Positions 46,282 to 56,217 are shown, counted from the first letter of the stretch. The stretch is 64,000 nt of DNA from an uncultured virus (IMG/VR IMGVR_UViG_3300021364_000011) (IMGVR_UViG_3300021364_000011); one strand, 5' to 3'. Translations and numbers: made by a program. Notes: a model not told the origin generated them from the letters alone.

Positions 46282-47997
46282 TTATTCTGCAATTCTTGAG
46301 AAGTTTTTGTATTTCTCAAACCTAATAACGTCATTAAATTTATCATATAATGTTTCTCCTTTATGAGATATGATAAATGCATTTGTCTTTTCCGTCAAGG
46401 TGTTTAGTAATTTTAAGAAATCGTCTGTTCCTTGTGAGTCTAATGAAGAATCGAAAACTTCGTCTAATATCAATAAGTTAGTATTCACTGAGTTCTTCAT
46501 TCTTGCAACGGCTCTCCATGTAAATAGAAGTGCAAGGTCGATTCTCATTTTCTCTCCTTGTGAGAAGTTATCATATTTGAATACGTCCCTAAATCTAGAC
46601 TTGATTGTTTCTTCAAACTTTTCATTCAATTCAAAACCTACATAGAATTCTAATTGTGCAAGATACTTGTTTATGAGTTTATTCATAATTGGAACATACT
46701 GTTTAATAATCTTTTGTCTTACACCTTGGTCACGTAATAACACTTGTGCAATTTCATAGTAGTGTCCATTCTCTGTAAGTGTTTCTTTCTTTGCATGTAG
46801 AATGTTTAGTTTTTCTTCAGAATCGTCAATCCTTTCTTGCACGTCACCATTACCATTTCCTTCTGCTTTTAGTTCTGCAATTTCTTTCTGAATCTTTTGA
46901 ACAAACTTTTGGTTGGATACAACTTCTGTTTGTAGAATACCAATCTCTTTTTGAATCTTAGTTATCTCGTCTTGGATTCCATTGATTTCTTGTATTCTAG
47001 TGTTGAGTTCTTCGACTTGGATATCAAGTTTTGAGACCGCCTCCTTGATTTCTGAAATCTTATCCTCTTTTTCCTTAATGTGTTTCTTCTTGTGTTCACT
47101 ATCTAAACCCTGTTTGCATGTGGGACAATCGTCATTGTTCTCATAGAATTCAATGTCTTTAATTGCTTTTCTTCGAGCGTCCTCGAGTCTAGCCTCCATG
47201 TCAACTGTTTGTTTGAGTCTATCTTCTTTAGTATCTTTATCTGAGATGGTGGATTTTTTCTCCACCACATTTTCCGTCTTTTCATCTATTTCTCCCAAAA
47301 GGTTATTAATATTCTCTTGAGTTTCATTAACAGTGTTCTCATATTTTGATATTTTTGCATCTCTATTTTCACGAAGTGCATTAAGTTGTTCATTCAATCC
47401 ATTAATTCTTTCTTCAAGAAGTTCGATTTCATGATTATTCTCTCTAACCTCAACAGTATGATTAGAAATCTTTTTCTTTAGGATATCTCCCATTGTAGAA
47501 AAGATTGATATATCCAAAAGGTCTTCTACAAGTTTACGTCTTTCAACTGCTTTTAATTGCATGAAAGGTGTAAAGTTTGCTGACCCGAGGATTGCAACTT
47601 GAGTAAAGGAACGATAACTCATTTTGAGTATGTTCTTTTCTAAGTGTTCTTGATAATCTCTGACTGTTGCATCTTGATTGACCAACACGTCATTGACATA
47701 TAGTTCGAATTTGTTTGGTTTTGCACCACGAATTACTTTGTATTGTTTCCTACCAATAGAGAACTCTACGACTACTATGAGTCCTCCACCATTTACAGAA
47801 TTGATTAGAAGGTCTTTCTTAAGATTTCTAAATCCTTTACCATACAAACCAAAACACAATGCATCTAAAAGTGTAGATTTACCAGCACCATTATCACCTA
47901 AGATAAGTGTTGTTTGGTGTTTGTCTAGTTGTATTTCAGTAAATTTATTTCCACTGGATAGTAAGTTCTTATATCTTACTTTCTTAAAATTTATCAT
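46282..47997 (-). CDS. 46: gp46 recombination ATPase (Rad50/SbcC-like)
   Basis: GDNGAGKST, CPTC hook, FSQGE, LILDEVFD, ISH. Confidence 0.95.
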   Translation of the reverse strand: MINFKKVRYKNLLSSGNKFTEIQLDKHQTTLILGDNGAGKSTLLDALCFGLYGKGFRNLKKDLLINSVNGGGLIVVVEFSIGRKQYKVIRGAKPNKFELYVNDVLVNQDATVRDYQEHLEKNILKMSYRSFTQVAILGSANFTPFMQLKAVERRKLVEDLLDISIFSTMGDILKKKISNHTVEVRENNHEIELLEERINGLNEQLNALRENRDAKISKYENTVNETQENINNLLGEIDEKTENVVEKKSTISDKDTKEDRLKQTVDMEARLEDARRKAIKDIEFYENNDDCPTCKQGLDSEHKKKHIKEKEDKISEIKEAVSKLDIQVEELNTRIQEINGIQDEITKIQKEIGILQTEVVSNQKFVQKIQKEIAELKAEGNGNGDVQERIDDSEEKLNILHAKKETLTENGHYYEIAQVLLRDQGVRQKIIKQYVPIMNKLINKYLAQLEFYVGFELNEKFEETIKSRFRDVFKYDNFSQGEKMRIDLALLFTWRAVARMKNSVNTNLLILDEVFDSSLDSQGTDDFLKLLNTLTEKTNAFIISHKGETLYDKFNDVIRFEKYKNFSRIAE

Positions 47998-49061
47998 AGA
48001 TAGTTATGTTCGTCCAAAGCCTCATTATATAAAGAAGTCATTAAATCAGAAAGTGGTTTTTTCTTTCCTTGTATTTCAAGTCCGTCAATATAATTATTTA
48101 ATATAGTTAGGGTGTCTTCGATATCTTCTATATCATCGTCCCCATAGAAATCCATATGTTTGTTATCGTCTACAACTGCAACGTGTAGTGGATTTGCAGA
48201 ATGTAGTTTATCTAAGAATGTATCAAACCAATATGGGTTTTCTTTATTCACTACGATAACTTTTACAAATTTACCTTTGTATTTTTCATAATCTGCATTA
48301 CTAATAGTTTCAAAAGTTTCTTTCTCGTCATTGTAGAATGCCTTTTCAAACATTGTAATTGGATTTAGAATAGGTGAAAGTTCTTGTGTATCAGTATCAA
48401 AGATATGGAAGTATTTGTTATCTCCATAATCTGACCAAGTAAATTGCATTTGAGAACCAAGATATCTGATATTTGCAAACTCAGATTTTTGGTGGAAATG
48501 TCCACTCAATACTTTCTCAAATCTTTTTACATAAGAATGGTCAAGTCCATGTTGACACGTCATGCCTGGCATCATTAATGCACCTTCAAACTCAAAGTGA
48601 CCCATACACCAACTTGCATTTGCAGACATTAAAAAGTCTACTGCATCTGCATAGTTCTCGGGATTAATCCATGGGACAAGTGCAATATTGAATCCGTCAT
48701 ACTCTTTTACTTCACACTCTTGAATAACATTCACATTTGGTTGGTTATATAATAATAACTCGGGGGAATTGACTTCGTTGGTATTCTTATAATAAGTATC
48801 ATGATTACCAAGAATCAAGTCCATAGTAATATCACGTTCATTCATAGGTTCGATAAAGTGTTTGATATTTGCTTTCATGGAAGCAAAATTTATATACTTT
48901 CTTCGGTCAAAATAATCACCTAAGTGTATTATGTGTTTAATGTCATGTTCGTCCAAATAAGGGAAGAACACTTCATTGTAAAAACGACCTTGGTAATTTG
49001 ACATTTCTATCATATCACCACGAACACCACAATGGGTATCATTCAGTAATGCTATCTTCAT
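47994..49061 (-). CDS. 47: gp47 recombination nuclease (Mre11/SbcD-like)
   Basis: DTHCG, LGDYFD, GNHD, SGHFH. Confidence 0.95.
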   Translation of the reverse strand: MKIALLNDTHCGVRGDMIEMSNYQGRFYNEVFFPYLDEHDIKHIIHLGDYFDRRKYINFASMKANIKHFIEPMNERDITMDLILGNHDTYYKNTNEVNSPELLLYNQPNVNVIQECEVKEYDGFNIALVPWINPENYADAVDFLMSANASWCMGHFEFEGALMMPGMTCQHGLDHSYVKRFEKVLSGHFHQKSEFANIRYLGSQMQFTWSDYGDNKYFHIFDTDTQELSPILNPITMFEKAFYNDEKETFETISNADYEKYKGKFVKVIVVNKENPYWFDTFLDKLHSANPLHVAVVDDNKHMDFYGDDDIEDIEDTLTILNNYIDGLEIQGKKKPLSDLMTSLYNEALDEHNYL

Positions 49062-49606
49062 TCAGTAAATTTTTCTAAGTTTGATGTTTTCTTTTTTGTT
49101 GATTTCCTTGACTTTCGAGGTTCATAGTCGACACGATTCATATTCTCTTGCATCCACTCAACATTCGTATTAATAAGTGTTGGGTCGTGTTCTCCGTCTA
49201 TGGTATTAAATGCATCAGTAATCATACCAGCTGCGTCTGTTGCCTGTTGTTTGATAAAGACTTGTTTTTTCTCCTTTTGAATTCGTCTTAGGAAGGCATA
49301 ATAACAGATTTGAGTGATATATGCGAATGCATTATCTGATTTCTCTCTATTGAAATTTCTGATATATTGAATACAATTCTCAATTGCATCACATATCATT
49401 TCATCTCTATATGTGTAATTGATAAAATTAGGACGAGTCGATAATCGAGTCGCAATTTTATAGATACATTCACCAATGTATTCTGGCATTCTTGGGGGTG
49501 TTTTACCCTTTGATTCGGCAAGTTTAACTGATTCGTTGAACTCGGCGACTGCTAGTGTGAACTCCTTGTTATTAACATAGTGTTCATTTTGTTTTTTAGT
49601 AGTCAT
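49058..49606 (-). CDS. 55: gp55 late sigma factor
   Basis: HYVNNKEF, PNFINYTYRDEMI.D, NAFAYITQICYYAFLRRI. Confidence 0.95.
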   Translation of the reverse strand: MTTKKQNEHYVNNKEFTLAVAEFNESVKLAESKGKTPPRMPEYIGECIYKIATRLSTRPNFINYTYRDEMICDAIENCIQYIRNFNREKSDNAFAYITQICYYAFLRRIQKEKKQVFIKQQATDAAGMITDAFNTIDGEHDPTLINTNVEWMQENMNRVDYEPRKSRKSTKKKTSNLEKFTE

Positions 49607-49740
49607 GTATCTATTATACACAAAAATCCTTATATTGTAAGGGGGTTTTTAAGTATTTATTTTTTTGAATTATTTGAAGAAACCCACTAGACATGTGGGA
49701 AATCTATGATAAAATAATTATGTCCCAGCGGGGATATATA

Positions 49741-49875
49741 CTAAGAAGGGATATATGCACCCGATACAACAACGTTCTCCCTCATAATTGCACGGGTTCC
49801 CATTCTATCTTTTTCACCGATAGTAATATAAAAGAATGTTATTACAACCATTGTGTATATTATATATTTAGTCAT
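49741..49875 (-). CDS. 44-aa membrane peptide (MTKYIIYTMVVITFFY...)
   Basis: Hand-translated; ATGA coupling. Confidence 0.45.
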   Translation of the reverse strand: MTKYIIYTMVVITFFYITIGEKDRMGTRAIMRENVVVSGAYIPS

Positions 49876-50045
49876 ACAAATTGTCCTATTGTCCAAAACG
49901 ACAATAACATGAATCCGAATACGAGGATTTGAACAACTGACATAATTGCAACTTGTTTCATTGGGTGAACATCAACAATTTTCTCTACCATTGATTCACT
50001 TGGAGATAAATTAACTGCTTGTAATGCCTTCTTTTCTAGACTCAT
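49872..50045 (-). CDS. 57-aa membrane peptide (MSLEKKALQAVNLSP...)
   Basis: Hand-translated; AGGAG SD; C-terminal TM. Confidence 0.55.
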   Translation of the reverse strand: MSLEKKALQAVNLSPSESMVEKIVDVHPMKQVAIMSVVQILVFGFMLLSFWTIGQFV

Positions 50046-50193
50046 TCTCTTCCTTTTGTAATTTTCTGACGTTCATTGCAGTGTTCAAATCTTCTGCACT
50101 ATAGATTGCCATACGTAAATCGTGCATAGGTGCATACTTAAGATACAATGCAGACACGATAATTGATAAAATTGATATTATTATAAATTCCAT
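50011..50193 (-). CDS. Small membrane peptide (MEFIIISILSIIVSALYL...)
   Basis: ORF track with start adjusted; N-terminal TM. Confidence 0.55.
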   Translation of the reverse strand: MEFIIISILSIIVSALYLKYAPMHDLRMAIYSAEDLNTAMNVRKLQKEENESRKEGITSS

Positions 50194-50194
50194 A

Positions 50195-50299
50195 TTAGAA
50201 ATATACACTCCCTATTACATAACCACATAAGAAAAATGCAACTGACCAGCCTGGGAATTGTTTACAAAATTCGATAATGTCTTGTATCCATTGAATCAT
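50195..50299 (-). CDS. 34-aa membrane peptide (MIQWIQDIIEFCKQFPGW...)
   Basis: Hand-translated; ATGA coupling. Confidence 0.45.
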   Translation of the reverse strand: MIQWIQDIIEFCKQFPGWSVAFFLCGYVIGSVYF

Positions 50300-50397
50300 G
50301 ATGGAGGATTAACTCCCAATAATGAAAGCACAAAGATAGAACAGAGTGTGATTAACTCTAATCGTTCCTTGATGTATTCTATCTTTTTTTGTGACAT
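50296..50397 (-). CDS. 33-aa membrane peptide (MSQKKIEYIKERLELITLC...)
   Basis: Hand-translated; AGGA SD. Confidence 0.45.
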   Translation of the reverse strand: MSQKKIEYIKERLELITLCSIFVLSLLGVNPPS

Positions 50398-50419
50398 ATT
50401 CCTTTAGTCACAACCTTGC

Positions 50420-50587
50420 TTAATACCCGTTAGAGGATATTATCATAATACCTAATGGTAATAGTATTGGAAGAGTCAACAGTGTTATGAATTCTACTGC
50501 GTCGATAGCCTTTGAAGTAATCTCGGATTCTCTAATGTTTTCGATTTCACTCACCATGCTCTTCGCTATCAATATAGCTTTGGTCAT
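50420..50587 (-). CDS. Small membrane peptide (MTKAILIAK...EFITLLTLPILLP)
   Basis: AAGGA SD; C-terminal TM. Confidence 0.55.
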   Translation of the reverse strand: MTKAILIAKSMVSEIENIRESEITSKAIDAVEFITLLTLPILLPLGIMIISSNGY

Positions 50588-50687
50588 GGTTTTTTCCTTA
50601 TGCAAATTATAATTAAAACTAATAATGTGTTATAACTTTTCGTAATAACGATACTATATAGGTAATTAAAAATCCTAAGAAATAGAA

Positions 50688-51173
50688 TTAGTGAATTTTC
50701 TTTTTATCGGTTGGTGGGACTGCACTTTCGAATTCGTCTTCGAGTGCTTCTTCATAGAACTCGTCATACAAATCTTCTTCTTTGACATTCTTAAGAATTT
50801 GGTCAACTGCTTTTCTCATGTAATCTTTTGACGCATGAATGTCATTCGTTAGAGGAATGTTTTTATCTTCAACCATTTTCAACCACTTTGCAGAAGCTTC
50901 GTCATAGAACGGAATGAATTGAGAATTCATATTACTTCTATGCAACACTTGGTCAAAAGGAATTCTAATGATTGGGTCTTCACTTAAAGGTGCATACGGA
51001 TAAAAGGTTGCAAGTGTTTGATTGATTGGTTGTTGAACAGACAAGTGACATATCATAGGAAGTGTCACATCTATACCTTCACTCGTTTCTCTGACCATAC
51101 CAACAATCTCTGAACCAGTCTTCAGTTTCACTACTTCGTAATTTTGTGTTAGTAAATCGTTTGGGGTTGCCAT
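50688..51173 (-). CDS. Conserved hypothetical protein downstream of uvsW (Sm-like fold)
   Basis: VVKLKTGSEIVG; conserved position in marine T4-like phages. Confidence 0.65.
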   Translation of the reverse strand: MATPNDLLTQNYEVVKLKTGSEIVGMVRETSEGIDVTLPMICHLSVQQPINQTLATFYPYAPLSEDPIIRIPFDQVLHRSNMNSQFIPFYDEASAKWLKMVEDKNIPLTNDIHASKDYMRKAVDQILKNVKEEDLYDEFYEEALEDEFESAVPPTDKKKIH

Positions 51174-52618
51174 TAGTCTAAGTCAAATTGTTTTATTTCG
51201 TATGAAAAATTTTCCTCGTTGTAAATATTTATACGTTCTTTGAGGTGACCAAGGGTGAAATTATCACATTGTAAATCATCTGCAATATCAAATAATCTCA
51301 TTTTTTCTTTACCTTCAGTCTTTCTTAGACCACGACCAATGGACTGCAAGTTTCTAATTCTTGATTTAGAAGGACTTGCAAAAACTACATTATCAATTTT
51401 CTTTATATTAACACCAGTAGAGAAGGTTCCGTATGACGCTAGTATGACACTATCTTCTGACTTTTCTACAACCTCTCTAACTGTTTCTCTATCTTCGGTG
51501 TCTGTTCCACCATAGACATAGTGTAAGTCCTTAACTCTCCCTTCTAACATAGGATATAACACTTCACCATGTTTCTCTACGTATTGAAACAATACTAATG
51601 TATTACCTTTAAGGCTTGCAACTAAATTTGTTATAAATTTGTTTCTACTATCACTCGATACCAAGTAATCCATTTCTTCTTGGTATGTCATTTTTTTCAT
51701 TTTAGTATGACGAAGTATGACACAATCTATCTCTAAATTTGCAATGGTTCCTTCTTCCATGAGTTGGTATGACGATATTACTTTCTTGACTGGGCCGAAC
51801 AGACCTTCTAGTTGTAATCTATGAACTTCTGACCCGTCTAGTGTTCCAGTAGTTCCAAAACGAACACCAGTGTGTTTCATTTTTTCTAGAATACCTTTTA
51901 GTGTTTGTGCTTTGAAGAGGTGTGCTTCGTCTCCGATGACAATGTCGAAACTTTCCAAGACATTCTTAGGAGCCTTGGCAAATGACTGCCAAGTGGTGAT
52001 TGTGATGTCCGAATCAAAAACAGGCTGACCCGAATAAATTTTACAAATCTTTTTATTGTATCCATAGTCCTCAAAGTCTTTTGACATTTGTTCTACTAGA
52101 GAAGTTGTAGGAACTATGATAACTGTTTTTGCATTCGGTAAGGACATTTCACCCTCATACCACCTACATAACATATATATGATTAACGACTTCCCACTTG
52201 CAGTTGGTGAAAGTAATAATTGTCTTCCATATTGCACTGCAGTCTTGAATGCGTCTATCTGATAATCACGTGGTTGAAAAGGAAGTCCCAAGCCTGGGAT
52301 TAGGTCATCACCATTAATAAAGAAGTCCACGTCTTCGTCTGTAATCTTTGTCTTACTTCCAATTACTTCTTCTATACCACCAAACTCAAAACCACGTTCT
52401 CTACAGAACTCGTCTACATATGGAAGTAGACCAATATAAATCTTTTTTGTTTTGATTGAAAACAGTCTAACTTTTCCGTCCCAAAATTTATTTTTATAAG
52501 ACGGCATGAATTTTGCATTCGGAACTGTAAAAGAAAAGAAATCGTAAAGGTCACGTGCAAGTCCATCGTCACAATGAACTTTCATGAAGACATCGTCAAT
52601 CTTTGATACTCTGACCAT
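51173..52618 (-). CDS. uvsW: UvsW SF2 helicase
   Basis: PRDYQ, SPTASGKS, DEAH, QSIGRGLR. Confidence 0.95.
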   Translation of the reverse strand: MVRVSKIDDVFMKVHCDDGLARDLYDFFSFTVPNAKFMPSYKNKFWDGKVRLFSIKTKKIYIGLLPYVDEFCRERGFEFGGIEEVIGSKTKITDEDVDFFINGDDLIPGLGLPFQPRDYQIDAFKTAVQYGRQLLLSPTASGKSLIIYMLCRWYEGEMSLPNAKTVIIVPTTSLVEQMSKDFEDYGYNKKICKIYSGQPVFDSDITITTWQSFAKAPKNVLESFDIVIGDEAHLFKAQTLKGILEKMKHTGVRFGTTGTLDGSEVHRLQLEGLFGPVKKVISSYQLMEEGTIANLEIDCVILRHTKMKKMTYQEEMDYLVSSDSRNKFITNLVASLKGNTLVLFQYVEKHGEVLYPMLEGRVKDLHYVYGGTDTEDRETVREVVEKSEDSVILASYGTFSTGVNIKKIDNVVFASPSKSRIRNLQSIGRGLRKTEGKEKMRLFDIADDLQCDNFTLGHLKERINIYNEENFSYEIKQFDLD

Positions 52619-52619
52619 T

Positions 52620-53309
52620 TTACTTATAGGGTAGTCCTAATAACCAACCTACTAATGAATTTCTAGAACCACGTGTCACGGGTGTGACTTGGTGGTGAAC
52701 GTCTGAAGGAAATAGAATAATAGAACCACGTGTCTTTGCACTAAATGGTGCTGTCTTAGTCATATCATCTAAACCAACTGTTCTTTGACCTAATTGAATT
52801 TTATCGAAAGTTCCAACGGGTTCTAACCATTGAAATAAACCACCCTCATAATCATCGGGGTCTGATAATTGAATTGTGCAACTTAATTTACGAATACTTC
52901 CGTCCTCATAAGATGAACGTGTTGGTGGGCCTGCATCAGTATGCCAAGTATAAAAGTCACCTTTAGGTAAATTTGGTTTTGCAGTATAATTTGTAAATTG
53001 ATAATTTTCCCAATTAGTAAATTCCCAGTTCCAATGATTATCTCCACAGGCATATTGAACTGCAGAATAGAGTTTTTTGTGAAACTCTTCATTCATTTCG
53101 TCAACCATTAACCATTTAACTTGTGATTGTCTGATTTCACTATTTACTGCACCACTATCAGATTCTTGTGCATCAGGGTCTCGTCCACCATCAAAACCAA
53201 TCCTTCCTTCGTCCCAATCTTTTTTATTTGCAACTGCAAGTATAGAATCTACTTCTGAAGGTGTAAAAAATGCTTCTGCAATCCAAACATGTTTTTCGTG
53301 TAGTGGCAT
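52620..53309 (-). CDS. 2OG-Fe(II) oxygenase (PKHD-type)
   Basis: WHTD, RKLS..QLS, YEGG, FPS..HHQVTPVTRG.R.SLVGW. Confidence 0.88.
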   Translation of the reverse strand: MPLHEKHVWIAEAFFTPSEVDSILAVANKKDWDEGRIGFDGGRDPDAQESDSGAVNSEIRQSQVKWLMVDEMNEEFHKKLYSAVQYACGDNHWNWEFTNWENYQFTNYTAKPNLPKGDFYTWHTDAGPPTRSSYEDGSIRKLSCTIQLSDPDDYEGGLFQWLEPVGTFDKIQLGQRTVGLDDMTKTAPFSAKTRGSIILFPSDVHHQVTPVTRGSRNSLVGWLLGLPYK

Positions 53310-53752
53310 TATGACCCCGCCATGAATTTTCTCCAATCGATTGTATTCTTAATCGTTTGGTGTCTCCAAGTGATATTTTGCATACACTCTTTGAGATAAT
53401 CTATTGTGACTTTTAAGTATTCGATTTTTGCATTGAGTTCTTGAATATCTTTATCAGAATTATAGAAAATTTGTAAATCATTTTTCATAATCTTTAATCC
53501 GTCTAAAGGGTCGTCTGACCAACCCAATTCATTAATTTGTTCTTGTGACATTTTTCCGTTATACCACAACCACTTATTCTTTAGAAGTGTATCATATTTA
53601 AATTGATACTGTTTCATAACAAGAATCTTACTAGACAATAAGTCTTGATATTTTGCATGGAGTTTAGGAACTTCTAAAGACGATTTATCTAACTCGATAT
53701 CGTCTATCTCACAATCCTTTTCCCACTCTTTCTTAATTTCATCTAAAGTCAT
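53309..53752 (-). CDS. uvsY: UvsY recombination mediator
   Basis: D.EID..LD..SL..PKLH.KY; IKN.IDW..F.AG. Confidence 0.9.
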   Translation of the reverse strand: MTLDEIKKEWEKDCEIDDIELDKSSLEVPKLHAKYQDLLSSKILVMKQYQFKYDTLLKNKWLWYNGKMSQEQINELGWSDDPLDGLKIMKNDLQIFYNSDKDIQELNAKIEYLKVTIDYLKECMQNITWRHQTIKNTIDWRKFMAGS

Positions 53753-53795
53753 AATATACTATTATACCATATTTATGGTAGTATTAATAGGTGTT

Positions 53796-54332
53796 TTAAG
53801 AGGTTGATTCGATATCGTAATATGTGAATCTGAACTCAACTGTTGCAACAACAGCGTCTGTTTCAGCACCACTTTGCAGTTCTATACCACTGAGGGATAT
53901 AGGGAATGCATCGTGAAACCTAAAGAACTTATTAGGTATGTTTTTATTGGTATTAACCACTATAGTTATGTCGGAATACTGATTTAAATCGTTCTCAACG
54001 TCACTGAGGAGTCCTGTAGTGGTCTTTGTAGTCCCTACGTAAGACTCATATGCACTTGGGTCTGATACGGGAACAATTGCATTCATCCAGTCATACATTT
54101 CTTTAAAGTTTGCAAGGTCTTCGTCTACTAAGAATGATACACTTAGTGATTCGAATGACACTTTATCGCCAGGGAAAAATGCATCTAGTCCTACACCAGC
54201 TGCACTTATTGTTTCTGTAAATGACAAGCCTGGGATATTAACTGATTGCACATAGTATTCCACTGTTGGAACTTTGTCAATTAGTAATCTAAAATTATTC
54301 TTATTAAGAATTGATTTGTTTATTTCAGTCAA
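53796..54332 (-). CDS. 3: gp3 tail completion / sheath stabiliser
   Basis: P.VEY..Q.VNIPG, PGDK..F..L...FLVDEDL.N, DAFP.SLS. Confidence 0.85.
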   Translation of the reverse strand: MTEINKSILNKNNFRLLIDKVPTVEYYVQSVNIPGLSFTETISAAGVGLDAFFPGDKVSFESLSVSFLVDEDLANFKEMYDWMNAIVPVSDPSAYESYVGTTKTTTGLLSDVENDLNQYSDITIVVNTNKNIPNKFFRFHDAFPISLSGIELQSGAETDAVVATVEFRFTYYDIESTS

Positions 54333-54540
54333 GTTTTATAATCCTTTTAGACGTTGTGGTGTCTTGATAATCGTCACCACGATATTCTCTTTGAACTACC
54401 TCTTCACAAAGGTATCCGTCCTTAATGTATCGTGTAGATATTGTTCTACTGATAACGTCTGTCGTTTCTATACCATTTGGGAATGCACTTTTCTCCCAAG
54501 GGCCTTCTAACACTTTCACTGTTTTTGCATATTCTGACAT
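54325..54540 (-). CDS. Hypothetical protein
   Basis: 71-aa ORF. Confidence 0.55.
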   Translation of the reverse strand: MSEYAKTVKVLEGPWEKSAFPNGIETTDVISRTISTRYIKDGYLCEEVVQREYRGDDYQDTTTSKRIIKLD

Positions 54541-54592
54541 AATTTATTCCTTCTAAAGGGGGTGAATAATTCCACCCCACAATACTATTTAG

Positions 54593-54808
54593 TTATTTCT
54601 CGTTGACAAACTCGTTTAATTGTCTTGCAGTTGAAATAACCTCCTCTACACTAACGAATTGGTCACCTAATGATTTTTTATCATTTGGGAACACTTCATT
54701 ATGTCTATCGATTTTTTCATTCTCTCTATAGAGATTTCCTTCCAATAGACCTTGTGCTTGATTTAGTAAGTCGGCTCGGATTTCGAACCCTGATTTTCCA
54801 TTTGACAT
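54593..54808 (-). CDS. Conserved hypothetical protein (KSGFEIRADLL)
   Basis: 71 aa, AGGAGG SD. Confidence 0.65.
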   Translation of the reverse strand: MSNGKSGFEIRADLLNQAQGLLEGNLYRENEKIDRHNEVFPNDKKSLGDQFVSVEEVISTARQLNEFVNEK

Positions 54809-54857
54809 AATTTCCTCCTTGTGTGTATGTGTGTTTACGTCCTTTTATTTAGGACAT

Positions 54858-54882
54858 AAAAAAAGGGGACTTAGAGTCCCCT
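54858..54882 (-). terminator. Rho-independent terminator after gene 23
   Basis: AGGGGAC-TCTAA-GTCCCCT followed by a T run. Confidence 0.85.
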
Positions 54883-54903
54883 TTAGTTCGAAATTTAATT
54901 CGA

Positions 54904-56199
54904 TTACAGAATGTTTGATACTGCAAATTTTCTGTAGTATTGGTTTGTTCCTGCTGAAGCAAGTCCGTCTGAAGGTGTTGAACCAACAAAAGGATTAGAT
55001 ACCATTCCGTATCTTGTTTTGAAACCAATTTTTGGTTGGAAAGTATTCTCACCAACTGCACGAACCATTTGTAATGGAACGTAAGGGCAATAGAATAATC
55101 CAGCGTCATAAGGGTTTGAACCTCTATAACCTACTGTTAAATAGTCTGAAGACGCATATGGGTCTATGTAGACTTTAACTCTTCCGTTTAATACACCAGC
55201 AAAAGTATTACCAGTATCATCAACGTTAAGGTTAGTTGAAAGAGCAGGTGCATAATCTAATACACCAGCCATTGATAATGCTGAAGCAACATCAGAAGAA
55301 CAAAGAATAAAGTTTCCTTTTCCTCTTCTTGTTTCTTTAGCAATAACGTTTGACTCTCTTTCGATTTGGAACAATAGTCCTTTGAACTTTTCTACAGACC
55401 ATCTACCATTTGCATCAACGTCCAAGTTGAAAGTTCCTGCTGAAGCTGTAGCAGCTGCACCAGTTTTCGCTTGGTTGTTAACACTTCTTACAACTTCCCT
55501 GTTTATTTCAGCAAGGATTTCTGATGATAGAATGTTTGCAAGTTCTGATTCTGCATCAAGGCCGTGGATTGCTTTAAGGTCTTGAGCAAGTTCTAATGAG
55601 TATTCCGCTTTAAGTGCTCTTGATTTCGCTGTCACTGTAGCTTTCTCAATTGAGAATGCCATTTCAGCAAAATGGTTTCCAGCACCATCACCTAGTGATT
55701 CTGCTGAAGCTGTTGACATACCGCCTGAAGTTTGTGACGCATATGAACCATTGAATGGGTCACCTGAGTGGTCACTTCCTACTGATGTTGATGTTGTTTG
55801 AGCAGATGCTGAGTAATCAGTTCTAGCTTCGTTGTGTAAAGCTTCTGATGTATTCAATCTGTCTGCGTCTACGTCATCATTATATCTTGCTTTCATAGCA
55901 AAGATAAGACCAGTTGGGCCTGTCATTGGTTGAACACCGCAAATGTCGTATGCAACGAGATTTGGCATAGCACGTCTTACTAATGAAATCAATATCGGAT
56001 CCCAGTTAGAAATACCTGTGCCAGTGGAATTTAAAGGTGCTGCTTCTGCAAGAGTAGCTCTATCTTCGTTAAGAGCTTTTTCTTGGTTTTCAAGGATAAC
56101 AGCTGTGACTGCACGTTTGTAGTTGTCTTCGATTTTTGGTAAATCGGAGTGCTCTAGAATCGGCTCCCACTTCTCCTGTAAGTTTTCTGATAAAAACAT
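54904..56199 (-). CDS. 23: Major capsid protein gp23
   Basis: LVRRAMPNL.AYDICGVQPM.GPTGLIFA; SRALKAEYSLELAQDLKAIHGLDAE. Confidence 0.98.
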   Translation of the reverse strand: MFLSENLQEKWEPILEHSDLPKIEDNYKRAVTAVILENQEKALNEDRATLAEAAPLNSTGTGISNWDPILISLVRRAMPNLVAYDICGVQPMTGPTGLIFAMKARYNDDVDADRLNTSEALHNEARTDYSASAQTTSTSVGSDHSGDPFNGSYASQTSGGMSTASAESLGDGAGNHFAEMAFSIEKATVTAKSRALKAEYSLELAQDLKAIHGLDAESELANILSSEILAEINREVVRSVNNQAKTGAAATASAGTFNLDVDANGRWSVEKFKGLLFQIERESNVIAKETRRGKGNFILCSSDVASALSMAGVLDYAPALSTNLNVDDTGNTFAGVLNGRVKVYIDPYASSDYLTVGYRGSNPYDAGLFYCPYVPLQMVRAVGENTFQPKIGFKTRYGMVSNPFVGSTPSDGLASAGTNQYYRKFAVSNIL

Positions 56200-56217
56200 T
56201 TTTTTATTCCTTTAAAT

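Noticed and set aside
54849..55109. Alternate-frame ORF over the gp23 3' end (possible frameshift extension)
   Set aside because: It runs through the terminator, shows no clear slippery site and has no recognisable motifs
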